A stretch of 64,000 nt of DNA, from NCBI RefSeq assembly GCF_963921235.1, contig NC_086128.1, forward strand, positions 20,460,001 through 20,524,000, given 5' to 3'. This document shows positions 25,901-40,500 of the stretch, piece after piece (within the stretch, counting starts at the first letter, position 1; each line of letters starts with the position of its first letter). The notes below the pieces were generated by a model that ran no database searches, was not told the DNA's origin, and was given only the letters and a program-made list of their open reading frames with translations. This DNA comes from Mobula hypostoma. Its lineage: Eukaryota. The translations under genes and the position numbers were made by a program.

Positions 25901-28515
25901 ATTGAATGGGAATCTTGCTGCTAAACATCTTTAAACTGAATGTAATAGTCTTGTTTAACTTGCAAGTCATTCTGGATAATCTTCTCATGTATTTATTGGA
26001 ATGCTTGACATCTAGCCCTGCAACATCATGGAAGCAGCCCTAACCAAAATCACATGTGACCTTCCCTGACAGTAATTCGTACACCACAATATATCCTTGA
26101 CTTTGTGGTAACCTTTGTCATGGCCAACCACACTACTTGAGCATCTTCCACTGTCCACATCAGAGTGTAAATGATGTGGATGTCCCTGCATGATTACACT
26201 CCCTGTAAGTGTGTTGGCTGGAGGACCAACCAAGAACTTTGCAACAAATCAGGGCTCTGTGAGATAGCACTGAATCGTTGACATCTTTGATTTTTACAAA
26301 GATTTTTTCACTGTAACTAATGTGCCACTCTCCATGCAGAAGAATATATTGTACCAACATACCTGTGATGAGTTTCATGTAGCCTTGCATTTGGTCACAA
26401 TATTAGGATGTGGGGTAACACATGTAGAACAGAGATGAGAAGAAATGTCTTCACTCAGAAGGCAGTGAACCTGTGGAATTCTGTACCACAGAAGGTAGAG
26501 GAGGCCAAGTTGCTCAAGAAGATAAAAATAGGATAAATTGGGAGGGGGCACAGAAGAGTAGGAATGTTGTATTGAGTTAGAGGATCAGGTATGATTGTAC
26601 TGAATGATGGAGCAGGCTTGAAGAGCGCAGTGGCCTGTTCTTGTTTTTTTTTTGATATTTCTATGTATGTGTCCATGTCTCGTCTGGTGCATAAGTATAT
26701 TTGGCTATTCTTTGTGCAATCTTGCTGCCTTTAAATGGTTAGCAACTTGAACATGGGAGATTTATAGGCTACAACTGTAATGGTTGTTGTGCTGCAGTTT
26801 TGAAAGCACTACACATTAAATAATTCGAACACACATGTCACATTCAGTTACTGAGACACAAAATGGCCACAAGTCTTGTCAGTCTTGTGCCTTTAAACTT
26901 GTAACTCATGACGACACTGCTTTCAAGACAAGATGATGCCTTTTATAAGAAGGATGGCTAGAAATTATAGACGTGTGTGTGTAAGTGTGGGTTGGGGTAA
27001 GAAGGTAGAGTCGGACAACTTGATTGTTGTCAAGTTACTCCTACTAGGCAATATGCATATGGAACATTGAGTTCCTTCCTCTCTGATCGAATATCCTACC
27101 AATACTCACTATCTCTGCTTACCTCGTAGAAGAATGGATATGATGGATGATGGCTAATATTCAAGAGCTTAACACCAAGTAAGACCTTGTACTGTAAGGA
27201 GTGACTTTTAAAAAATCATCAAAAGAATAATATAACAAGAACTGATTCAGCTCTTGTATCAATATGCTGGCACACAACTCTGCTGATACACTGAGCAGCC
27301 CATTCCAGATGCTTACCTCTACCTGCATAAAGCGAATGAAGTTGAACTGCCTCTTCATCCAACTTTAGGATGGGTGCTTCTTGGCAGTTGGTGATCAACA
27401 TTTTCATTTACTTTGTCTGTGTCCCCTTTACGATGGTCTAGAGCTGCTGCTCCTTTGAAAATGCTTCCAGTTTATTCTGCCTTTCCTGGTAACCCCACCA
27501 CTGTTCAATTACCTTCTGCTTCACCCTGGCACCTGGGTGACTTCCTCATGGTGGAGAGCTCAGGAACTGTACACAGAGCTCCAAGTAGGACAGGACCAAG
27601 GTGCTGTACAAAATCAATCACTGTACATGAGATTCTGCAGAAGCAAGAAATCCAGAGTAATAGACACAGAATGCTGGAAGAACTCAGCAAGACAGTGTCT
27701 ATGGAGAGGAGTAAACAGTCTCTTCATAATTATAGAGCCCAAGACCAGGTTTTCTCTATTATTCCCACACTTCTAGGTTTTAGTCGAACATTAGCCCTGA
27801 TTCCTTTTCAGTGTTGTCCTGTTGAGTAAGCTTGTACTACCACTGTTTAGTATCCATCCACAATCTTGAGCTGTCTCCACAAAGAATCAAAACTGAAGTG
27901 ATTAAATCGTCTGCATCACACAGATGCTAAATGTATTTTGGGGCACATCAACCATTCATTTAAGCATTACCAGGCAAATTTAGGTTGCAGTTGAATGATG
28001 ATGATAATGCTCTTTTGTGCAGACTGATATTACCTGTCCAGGATTCAGAGAATATCACAAGAGACTACAGACCTTCCTTATCTGGTTCATTGAAACAGCA
28101 AGCTTCATTGATGTGGATGATGACAAATGGCAGTTCTTTCTCGTGTAAGTAGACATCTGATGCATTGCAGAGATGTATTTTGTGAAGCCTGTCTAATGGC
28201 AGTGTCTGAATTTAAGATGTACTTGGATTAATTGATTCTGGCCAGAGCTCTCTGCTGATTTAAAGTTAAACGAAAGTATTAAACCAAATACTGCAGGTAC
28301 TGGAAATCGGAAGCAAAACAGTAAATGCAGGAAACACTCAGCAGGTCAGGCAACATCTGAGAGAGAAACAGTTAATATTGCAGGTTCAAGGATCTTTGTC
28401 AGCTGTTACTTTTCAATGTGTACTAACTTGAGCCATCAGTTAGTAAAGCAGAAACTGAGACAAAATACACACAGTAGAATGAATACAGTCACTAATGAGG
28501 ATATGTAGTACATCT

Positions 28516-28565
<50 letters not shown>

Positions 28566-31500
28566 CCACCCCCCCCCCCAGTGGCTCACTGCTTTTGAGG
28601 GTAGGAATGGATTGAGTGGGAGTCAACTCCATGCACATTACCTATACTGAGGATCCTGAAGTGAGTGAAAGTTAATAAGTTATTTCCCTATTTTTATTTT
28701 ACACAGGTTTGAAAAGTACCTTGAAGATGGCTCTCCACGTTTTGCAACTGTGGGTTATATGACTGTATATAATTTCTATGCGTACCCTGATAAAATGAGA
28801 CCTCGAATTGGGTAGGTAACTTGGCAGCAAGATGTCATACAGAAATATTCTATTTTGGAGTAAATTTTGGAAAAAAAAAGTCAAATTTGAGAAATCTCAA
28901 ATTATCCTGATAAAGTGTCACTGTTATTGTCAGTACAATAGAATAATTTATTTCTCTTTCCATCAAAAGCTCGCATTTGCCAATATTAGAGATGCTCTGT
29001 AAATATCCCATGGAATTTCAGAAAGCCATGATTAGACAAAATTGGAGATTGAGACCGAGGAGCAAACAAGGATACCTGACTTAAAGATGAGAGATGTAAC
29101 ATATTAAGGAGAGAGAGAGGTAGAAAACAGAACTTTAGTGCCTTAGTGCCTTGGGGGTTTTTATGTCGGAAGATATATTGCCGGTAGTATGGAGGTGGGA
29201 GGAAAAAATGCATACAAGAAAAAATGGCAAGTTTCAGGTGAGAGAAAGGTGCTGGAGGTTAGGAAGTAACACCAGAGATCAGGAGCGGAGTACAAAAAGA
29301 GCATCAACAGAGGCTGTGTATGAGGAGAGATTTTTAACACACAGATGCCAATCGGGCAATGTTTGGAAATTGGAGGAAGAGAAGTTGTGTGGTATCTTTG
29401 TTCTTCAGGATGCTCTTGGAATTGTGTGTAGTTAAGACAAAGTGTAGTGCAGTCCCACTAAATCTAGACAATGCTTACATTAGTACAACAATCAAAGTGA
29501 CCTTGTCTGTGACTGATGCATCAGTAGAGTGGCTACATTAGATGACAAATCAAGAGGATAGTTGTGAATATTAGCTGCAGAGTTTCTAAGGAGACATATC
29601 ATTTTTATAAAAGAGCTGTTGAAGATAGGGCTAAGGGAAATAGATTGAAATCGTCAACATTGAAAAGTGACTCAAACCAAGGTTGAGGGCGAGCAGGATG
29701 TCTTAGTTAGAATTGCTGGGTGATATATTTAAAAGAGAAGCAGGATGGAGCAAAATGTTCCAATGGGGGTGGGTGGGGGGGAATGAGACTGGTTAAGTAG
29801 TGATCCAAGAGAGAGAATCAAAAGGTAGAATGTGAGTGCCAAGAAGAAATAAAAAGTGAAAGAGACCAACAGCTAAAAATACACACTTCAAAGGATGCAG
29901 ACTGATACAATTGAACAATGACTTTCTATTAATTCTTTTTGTTTTTTTTTCAAGCCAAATGCTGGTGCTGCCTCCGTTCCAAGGTGAAGGACACGGTGCA
30001 CAACTGATGGAGACGGTCCAGAAATATTACACAACAAAGCCATCCATTTTGGATATCACTGGTCAGTCTCTGCACTGGAACATGTTCAACAATTACTTTT
30101 GAGAGAGCATGTGAATCGTGCAAAGTAACAGTTGGAATTGAAAGCAATTAGAAAATGTTTGCCAAGAGAATTTGCTGTCCAAGGGCAACTGTCCGTCCTT
30201 AGCTGTTCGATATCTTTGTGGCCAGGGAGATGTGGTTTGGCAGGGAAGGTGATTTAAATCCTTTTCTTTAGTCCATTTGCTGTTAGTGTCCATCTGTTAT
30301 TCTGCTGTAATTGACCTGCTGTTTTTCATTGAAATTAGATAACAGAGGGGAAATCCAACCTGCATTCCGTGTCCAATTTAAACAGGTCAATTTTCCAGCC
30401 AATATGTGTTGACTGACATAAATGATTACCACAGAGTAAAACCAATACTGAAACAGCCATGGTATTTTCAAGCAAAGTGGACTTTTGAAAATGTCTGAAT
30501 ATGGGTATTGTTGGATCTCTGTTTAATTTCTGATCCTTAGTTCTTCCAGGAGTCAAAACTAGCGAGCAGTCTTAATTCCAAGATTTCACTTTATTTTAAA
30601 GTGCAAACGAACTAAATAAAGAGCTGAGAAACTATGCTATGAGGGAATTAATGTTAAGGGATGTAAGACAAAACAATAAAAGATGGCGTTTCTGATAAAT
30701 CTATCACTTTTATGGATGAGAGAAATTCCTTAGATAGAGAATAAACTAGGTAATGTGCTAATATTTAGCCAATGAAAAATGAGGAAGGTGATAAACTGTT
30801 AGTTTAGCTGTTATACCACTTTCTGCCAGTAAGTGTGAAAAATACATGAGTTGCCAGCAAGACTCTCTTAACCAAAACAAAAATCTGCAGATATTGGAAA
30901 TCCAAAATGCTTTAAATACTTGGCAGGTTAGGCAGCATATGTGGAGTTAATTATTTTTATTAACCACCGTTAAGTGCCCTTGAGAAGGTGATGGAGAATC
31001 CCTGCTGCCTTTAAGGTGAAGGTACTCTACGCTGTTGGAAGTTGCAGGATATAGATCCGGCAAGAGCAAAGGAATGTGATATACTTCCAAGTCAGGATGG
31101 TGTGTGATTTGTAAAGAAATTTGGAGATTGTAGCTTTCCATTGTATTTGCATTGACCCAAATTCAGGTATTTTATCAGTGTATGCACTTAAACGAACAAC
31201 GTTCTAGTTGGGAGATGCTGTCTGAATAGTCTTGATGAGTAACTAGTGCAGTGTGCAAATACTGCAGGCATGGTGTAGAAGCTGGTGAATGGAATGAATA
31301 CAGTGGATTCCAGTTAATTGGGACACATTGGGACCAGTACATTTTGGCCCAATTAAATGGCTGCCCCAATTAGCCAGTTTCATGAAAATGGTTAAAAAAG
31401 TACTTTTTAAAAAAAGGCAAACCGAGTAACAAATTATTTGAATGAAATACATAACAAATTAGATCACTACTAATACTACTACAGTAGTATGAATTGTGTA

Positions 31501-34500
31501 TTAGTTCCTAATTGTTATCGCCAGAGGAATTGATCCAGTGTACATTGTTATTTTGATTGACAGTAAATTCACAAAATCAGTGCAGACACATCATACAGAT
31601 AATGGACAGCCTTCATACAATGCTTTCCACCGTTGCATCCTCCAAATCTTCATTTTCATTGTAATATTCAAGATGAAACCTTCAAATTCTCCGTATTTCC
31701 CAACTTGTTGATGTAGTGAAATCATTTTATTTTCATTTCTGGCATCTCCAAGCCTGAATGCTTGAAACCAAAGTGAGCAAAGCAGTTCTGAATTATCTTA
31801 ATGTTTATTTCTCACCAACTATCAGTGACTAAACTCACTGCTTTTTGAACACAAACACACACAACTGACACTATTTGAAAACTATTCCATCTATTCTTTG
31901 GAGCGTAGAAGGTTGAGGGTGGACTTGATAGAGGTATTTAAAATTATGAGGGGGATTGATAGAGTTGACGTGGATAGGGTTTTTCCATTGAGAGTGGGGG
32001 AGATTCAAACAAGAGGACATGAGCTGAGAGTTAAGGGCAAAAGTTTAGGGGTAACATGAGGGAGAACTTCTTTACTCAGAGAGGTGGCTATGTGGAACGA
32101 GCTTCCAGCAGAAGTGGTTGAGGCAGGTTCGATGTTGTTTAAAGTTAAACTGGACAGCTATATGGACAGGAAAGGAATGGAGGGTCGTGGTCTGAGTGCA
32201 GGTGGGACTGGGTGAGAGTAAGAGCTTGGCACGGACTAGAAGGGCCGAGATGGCCTGTTTCCGTACTGTAATTGTTATATGGTTATAAGCATGGTTTAGT
32301 GTCTAATGGCCACACAAGTGCATGCAACTGACGCTAGTTAGAAACTGTTTGACATAGTGTCCCAAATGAACTAAGGGAATCTGGCTGTTTTGTCAATTAG
32401 TTTTTATTCTTTAAAGAGTTTTCCCAAATAAGACCATAAGACATAGGAGCGGGATTAGGCCATTTGGCCCATCGAGTCTGCTCTGCCATTCAATCATGAC
32501 TGATCCTTTTTTCCCCTCCTCAGCCCCACTCCCCAGCCGTCTCCCCATAACCTTTGATGCCATGTCCAATCAAGAACCTATGAAGTTCTGCCTTAAATAC
32601 ACCCAACGACCTGGCCTCCACAGCTGCCTGGGGTAACAAATTCCACAAATTCACCACTCTCTGGCTAAAGAAATTTCTCCACTTCTGTTTTAAATGGATA
32701 CCCCTCTATCCTGAGGCTATGCCCTGTTGTCCTAGACTCCCCCATCATGGAAACATCCGTTCCACATCTACTCTGTTTAGGCCTTTCAACATTTGAAAGG
32801 TTTCAATGAGATTTCCCCCTCATCCTTCTGAATTCCATTGAGTACAGACCCAGGGCTATCAAACTTTCCTTGTATGATAACCCTTTCATTCCTGGAATCA
32901 TCCTTGTGAACCTCCTCTGAACCCTCTCCAATGCTAGCACATCTTTTCTCAGACGAGGAGCCCAAAACTGTTCACAATACTCAAGGGGAGGCCTCACCAG
33001 TGCCTTATTAAGCCTCAGCATCACATCCTTGCTCTTGTATTCTAGACCTCTTGAAATGAATGCTAACATAGTATTTGCCTTCCTCATCACTGACTCAACC
33101 TGCAAGTTAACCTTCAGGTTGTTCTGCACAAGGACTCCCAAGTCCCTTTGCATCTCAGATTCTTGGAATTTCTCCCCATTTAGAAAATAGTCTGCACATT
33201 TATTTCTGCTACCAAAGTGCATGACCATGTATTTTCCAACATTGTATTTCATTTGCCACTTTCTTCCCATTCTCCTAATCTGTCCAAGCCGTTCTGCATC
33301 CTACCCAATTCCTCAACACTACCTGCCCTTCCACCAATCTTCGTATCATCTTCAAACTTGGCATCAAAACCACTTATTCCATTTAATCAGGACAGCCACT
33401 TAACCAATAACCCAATTAAATTGAATCCTCTGTATTTAAGATGGGGACAGGTACTTTGCCCTGGATGTTGAACTTTGGAATTGCAGTCATCTAGGCATTC
33501 ATTTATGCTTCTGGAACTGTGTTTTGTAGTTGATAGAAAGACTTCGGGGAATTGAGAAATTAGATACTTCCACAGAATATCCAGACTGTGACTTGCAGTC
33601 ATAGCATTTATGTGGCTGGGATGGTTAAATTTCTGATCACTGGTGAACCCAGGATATTGATTTGGTGATAATGTTACTAGAAGATGGATTATCTTCTCGT
33701 GTCATATTAGTAGAGACTTCTTCATTTTCAAGGAATTCCAAATAGAGTTGAATGGTGTAATCTCAATTTACCAAAGTAGCAGAAAGTTCAATGTTTTTCT
33801 TTTTAACTGACAAAGAAATAATCATGACAAGGGGTTTGATAATGGATTGCTTGGATCAGCACAGACATGGGCCAAAGGGGTTGTTCCTATGTCTATAAAT
33901 GTTTTTCCATCCCTTCATGTTTTATGTTTGCAGTAATTTCTGTCCCAAATCATATGCCATGTTTAAAGGGTGTTTAATTTGGAATTTCAGCTGAAGAACC
34001 ATCTGACGACTTTGTGAAATTACGAGATTATGTTCTTGCTAAACTTTGCCAGGATCTCCCTGCCTTTTCACCTGAAAAACTCAGGAAAGGATTCAGTGCA
34101 GAAATGGTAGAAGAGGCCAGAAGAACCTGGAAAATAAATAAGGTATTTGTGATTTACTCACTATGATAGTGGATTTCAAATTTCATCAGGTTTTCCAAAT
34201 CATACACAGTCAGTATCTTGTACCCTATGGTGTACACTTTGGGGCCTTGCCAACTTGCCTCCTTTTGTTGGCAGTGGCTCCTATATCAAGTTTGCCAGTT
34301 TTGGCACAGTTTAGAATGCATGTGCACCCACAACAAAATTACTATACAATTCAAAAGTATGTGAAATAAAAGTTCACATGAGAGTAAAAGGGAATATTTG
34401 CAGATAGAACTTTATTTCCTATTTGACAGCAAGATGTGAAGGGATTCCAGATTGATTCCTGAGGAATCAATAAACAATTTATTTTTTATATCTTCGTGTG

Positions 34501-37500
34501 CAATAGCAGGAATGTATAGAATGAAATGAGCCAAATTTAGTTAATTTAATAGGTGGAAATGCATGCTTTTAGGATTGTGCTCTCTAGTTTGTATTGCTTC
34601 TCATACTTCAATTGAAATGTAGTGCTTCAGCATTAAATTTCATCTGCATTTGTTCTATCAGCCTACCTAATCTCTCATTGAAGTCTGTTACCATCCTCTT
34701 CACAACTTACCTATGCCTCCAACTCAATGTGTTACTTGCAGATTTAGAAATTGTGTCATGTTTTCCCAAGTCCAGATTATTATCAAGTACTAAGAAAAAC
34801 CATGATTCTAGTGACTCATGAGACTCACCACTACACACTTCTTCCAGTATGAACAGTAGTTTAATCTAACTTTTACTTTCTGTTATTTAGCCATTTATGT
34901 GCTACTGTTACCCTTTTCATTGCATTGGTTTTAAAACTGATAAGCCTCTTATCAACACACCTCATTATCTTTTTTTTTTGGGAATCCATATATATCCCAA
35001 TAACTGCATGACTCACTGATCCTTTGCCACCTCCAAAAAAAACTCTTGTATCATGTTTTTTTTTAATTACACTTGTCCAAGTGACTGCTAATTGCATCCA
35101 TGATTACCATGTCTTCACTGTTCAAGTTTAAGATGACTGATCTTTAATTGTTGAATTTATCATTGCATTTTTAACAGACCTTTCTAATTCCCCAATTAAC
35201 ACTTCAGTTCTAAGTTAACTGGAATTTGAGTTCCAATATACATTTTCCACTTCTAACATTTCTATTTGTCAGAAACTGCTGATCTCTTGGGATTTTCACG
35301 CACAATAGTCTCTAGAATTTACGGAGAATGGTGCCAAAAGCAAAATAAGAACATCCAGTGAGTGGCAGTTCTGTGGGCAGAAACACCTTGTTAATGAGAG
35401 GTCAGAGGAGAATGGCCAGACTGGTTCAAGCTGACAGGAAGATGACAGTAACTTGAGTAGCCACACATACAACAGTGGTGTATAGAAGAGCAAATCTGAA
35501 TGCACAACATGTCAAACCTTGAGGTGGATGGGCTACAGCAGCAGAAGACCATGAACATGCACTCAGTGTCCATTTTATTAGATACAGGAGATGCCTAATA
35601 AAGTGGCCACTGAATGTATCAACCTCCTAACAATTAGAGGCAAAGAAATTGTGGGTTTGTGACTCAAGCTTGTTACTGCTAAGGTTTATAACATCAGTAG
35701 GGACATTCCCTTTTCAAGATTTACATTTACTTATCACATGTACATCAATGCATACAGTAAAATGTGTCATTTACATTAACAAACACACAAGGATGTGCAG
35801 GGGCAGCCCTCAAGTGTCACTGTACATTTTAGTGCCAATATAGCATGCCCTCAATGCTCCGCAGAACACAACAAGCAACAAAACAATAACAGCAAAATAA
35901 ACCCTATTCCTCCCTCCCACCCATACACATACACAGTCCTCTCACCATAGGATCTGCTGTCTACTTTGGCCTCCTTTTCCTGAGGCCTTGTAAATTTTCC
36001 TTATGATACCAACCTCTTGATGATCAGGAATGACAGCAAAGATGTACTAAATCTGCTCCTGTAGGATGCAATCAAGGACATTCAGAAATAGATGTGGTTG
36101 AGCAGGTCTTTAAAGTGTTGCTTCCGATGGCACGAACTCTGATCCTGATAACTTCACCTTCATCCTTGGCTCTCAGTAGGATAGAATCTTAAGTTTTGGG
36201 ACTCTAGGCCGCCTTGACAGCACTGAAGAACCTGTGTGTGTCATGGTTGTCCTTGAATTGCTGAAAGTCATGTAATCTTTCTATCCAGTATCTGCCCTTT
36301 GGGTCATCAGGTTTCTGCTGGACTTCTATCTTCAGATGTCCATAGAACTGTTCTTTTCCATTTAGCTTCCAATCCAAGAACACTGTATACATTTGCAAAT
36401 AATTATCTCCTCAGTCTCTCAGACATTCTCATCAAACCATTCCTGGTCTTCTTGTAAGTGAAACCAAGATGCTCTTCACAGATGCCAATTATGGTGAACT
36501 TCAGGGCAGTTCAGTGGGCATTCTGCAACTCCTTTTGGCGGGGAATCAACAGGTTGCTTCTGAGGATCTGGTTAAGAAGACCTACATTGTGGGGTCCTTG
36601 AGAATATTCATATTGGTCTTCTTTCCTCATTGTTTCTAATACCACTAATGTTTGGAGCCAGGTTGATGGGGACAACAGAGAAAATTAGGTGGAGCAGTCA
36701 ATAGTACCTGTCAGGGAACAAATGGTGTGAATAGCTTTCTGGACCCTCACTCAAATGATGTTTAATCTAACAGATGTCCATGCTTAGACCAGATTGTTGC
36801 CGTGAGGTCTTGTGCTTATCCTTTTGATACAGGATATTGCATATGACCCAATCATGGTTTTCCATAATTTTCAATTTGTTTTTTGTTATTTATTTAGGAG
36901 ATATGCAAAATAATTTCCCAATCTTTTTGTAATTAGACATAATTTCTGCTTCGCTTCTAAGGTAGCCACATTTACTTTAGCTACTTATTTTATTAAGAAT
37001 TTCAACAATCTGTTTTTAATTTGTCTGTAGCTGGATAACTGTCATTCTATTCTGTTGCTTTGTGGATCATCCATCTCTAGTTTATAGAATTCTCCCAATT
37101 TTACAGTTGTTGACAATGTAAGTCACTTAATACCACTCTTGGTCTATTTATTTGCAAGTTTTTGAGGAATGTATATTTGTTGTGAATGATGGAATACTAC
37201 CTCAAATATTAATCATTACTTTTCTGCCATTGCAGTTTTAAATCTAATTTTATAATTACCCTGGTCAACAAGTGCATCCAGTTTCTTATTGACTGTACTG
37301 GGGAACTGGAGATGGAGCTGATGAACTCAGGATCATTCGGATGGGTGGGGGGTTAATTGACAGGCTATGCAGGGCAATGGTTACACTTAAGGTGCAGGAC
37401 ATGGGTAACTGGGCAACTGTCAGGAGGGCGAAAAGGGATAGGCTGCCAGTACAGGGTACCCCTGTAGCAGTTCCCCCTCAATAACAATATGATGACTTAG

Positions 37501-40500
37501 CAGAGGAAAGCCATTGTGGTCAGGTGCTTTGGGGGAGAAGTCACAGAGTGGTAGGAGATGGTTGCCTCTCTGACTGATGGCCTATGACTGGTGATGTGTG
37601 GAGGGATTAATGTTGGGTCTGTTGTTGCTTGTCATCTATATCAATGGTCTGGATGATAATATGCTAAGCAAATCATTAGCAAATTTGCAGATTACACCAA
37701 GATTGGGATTGTAGTAGGCAGTGAGGAAGGCTATCATTGCTTGCATGGGGATCTGGACAGCTGGAAAAATGGGCTGATAAATGGAAGATGGAATTTAATG
37801 CAGATAAGTGTGAGCTGTTGCACTTTGGGAGAACAAACCAGTGTAGGACTTGCACAGTGAATGATAGGGCACTGAGTACTATGGTAGAACAGAAGAATCT
37901 GGGAATATAGATCTATAATTCCTTGAAAATGGCGTCACAGGTAGATGGGGTCTTTTTTTTTAAAAAAAAGCAAGCTTTGGCAGATTGACCTTCGTAAATC
38001 AAAGTACTGAGCTGAGAAGTTAGGACATTATGTTGAAGTTGCATAAGACATTGGATTATTATATGCAGTTTTGGTCACTAACGTACAGGAAAGATGTCAA
38101 TAAGATTGGAAAAAGTACAGAGAAAATTTACAAGGATGTTGCCAGGACTTGATAATCTGAGTCATAGGGAAAGATTGACTAGGTTAGGAATTTATTCCCT
38201 AGATTGTAGGAGAATGAGTGGAGATTTGATGGAGATGTACAAAATTATGAGGGGTAAGTGCAAGCAGGCTTTTTCCACTGAGATTGGGTGAGACTAGAAC
38301 TAGAGGTCATAGGCTAAAGGTGAAAGGTGAAATGTTTAAGGGGAACATGAGGGGGAACTTCTTCACTCAGAGCTTGGTGAGGGTGTGAAACGAGCTGCCA
38401 GAGTGAATGCGAGTCTGATTTCAACATTTAAGAAAAGTTTGGATTAGTAAACGGGTGGGAGAGTTATGGTCCAGGTGCAGGCTGGTGAGACTAGGCAGAA
38501 TAATAGTTGGCATGGACTATTTCAGTGTTTTAGTTTTCTAAGATTCTAACTTGACCTCATGCTGAATGCAATTGACTTTATTCAAGTTTAAGACACTATT
38601 GCAGAGCCATTGTAAACTCATTATAAGCAACTACAGACCACTTCTTTGAGATGGACAGAGACCTAGCAGGAACCCAATGAATTTCTACTTTCTTTTTACA
38701 CCAAATTTTTGTTCACATTCCTCCTTCTCTCTCCTTGCAGTTGCACTGTCTTTTATACTGTGTGCCAGATTTTTCATCTCATTTTTCATAGAATAATCTT
38801 CATTGTTACCACAGAGGGGCTTTTAAAAATATAAATTCCCAAGGAAATAACATTGTCCAAGGCTTGTCCACCTCAACAGTTTTATATCCTGCAAACTGCC
38901 CCCGGTTCCTTTTTTATTTATTCTTTTAACGATGGCTATGTTAATAAAACAATAACCTGGAGTCTGAAGAAAATTTAAGCCTGCAGTCTTTTAATATTTT
39001 TACAACTTTTCAGCATCACGCAAGAAGAGTATATGAGATTCTACGGCTGCGAGTGACCAACATGAGTGACCCAGTGCAAAGCAGCGAGTACCGGTTGGAT
39101 GTGAAACGCAGGCTTGCCATTCCCTTTAAGGTATTTAGGACAATATTTTTCTTGCCGAGATTAATGTTGAGAGAGAGCAGAGTTGAAACAGTTGGGGTGG
39201 TATGTTGGTTGTGTGGTGATGGTGCAAGGCAGATCTGAGCACCCACATATACTTAAATAATACAGGATAACAGTAAAAGATTGACTTGCTTGCTTCCTAT
39301 GATGCTGTGGCATTGATACCCACAGCCCATTTTAATTTCCTCATTCACTTTGAGAACCCGAAGTTCCCCTCCATGTCAAAGTTAAAAATATGTTCCTTCA
39401 TCATCACTGGGTCTAAATCCTGGAGTTTCCTCCCCAATCACACTGTGGGAGTACCTTTGCCAGAAGGACTGCAGTAGTTCCAGAAGACAGCTCACTGCCT
39501 TCTCAAGGGGCAATAAATTCTGGTTTTTATCTGTGATCCCCCCCAAAAAAATGACTGTTAGGAGTGAGGAAGATCAGCCTGAAGTTATGGAACAACTCAG
39601 TTTTTTTTCTTGCTCCCCACATCAGTGGTCTTACTTTGCAAGAAAATTGGAGTTCAGATTTGATGTTTTCTTGTTTTCTTCCAATTTTCTAATACATCGT
39701 TCAAAATTGATTGCAATTAAGTTGTTTTGTGCTCTAGGCTGGGTCAGGTGGCATTATTCTTTCCACAGATGACTTTAGGGTTTAAGATACAATTATCACC
39801 CTTATGGCAATGATTTTGCTAAACAATGGAGGATCTGAACTCCGAATGTCTGTGTCATTAGTCCAGTACTATAACCAGTTAATTACAGTACCTATTCATT
39901 GTTCATCTCATGGGTCAAGAAATTGATTGGTTAGTTCCTTTCATAGTACAGCACAGGAACAGGCCTTTCATCCCACAGTGTCTGTGCTAACCATGCAAAT
40001 TTTAACTATTCCCATTTACCTGCACATGGCGTATATCCATCTATTCCCTGCCTGTTCATGTGACTGTTCAAATACTTGTTGACCTCCACTATTATATCTG
40101 CTTTCACTACTTCCACTGGCAGTCCATTCCAGGGACACACCATGGTTTAAATAAAAACTGGCCTTCTAAATCTCCTTTAAACTCTGCCCCTCTTTAAAGC
40201 TGCGTCCTTTAGTATTTGACAGTTCCACCCTGGGAAAAAAGACTCTTATCTACCCTACCTATACCTCTCATAACATTGTAAACTTCTATCAGGTCATCCA
40301 TCAGCCTCTAACGCATTAGAGAAAGTAGCCCAAATTTGTCCAACCTCTCCTTATAGCACATGCCCTCTAATCCAGGCAGTATCCTGGTAAACCTCTTTAG
40401 CATCTTCTCCAAAGCCTCCACATCCTTCCTGTAATATGACCAGTAATGCACGCAGTACTGTTAAATATGGCCTCGCCAGAGTTTTATAAAGTAACGATTT

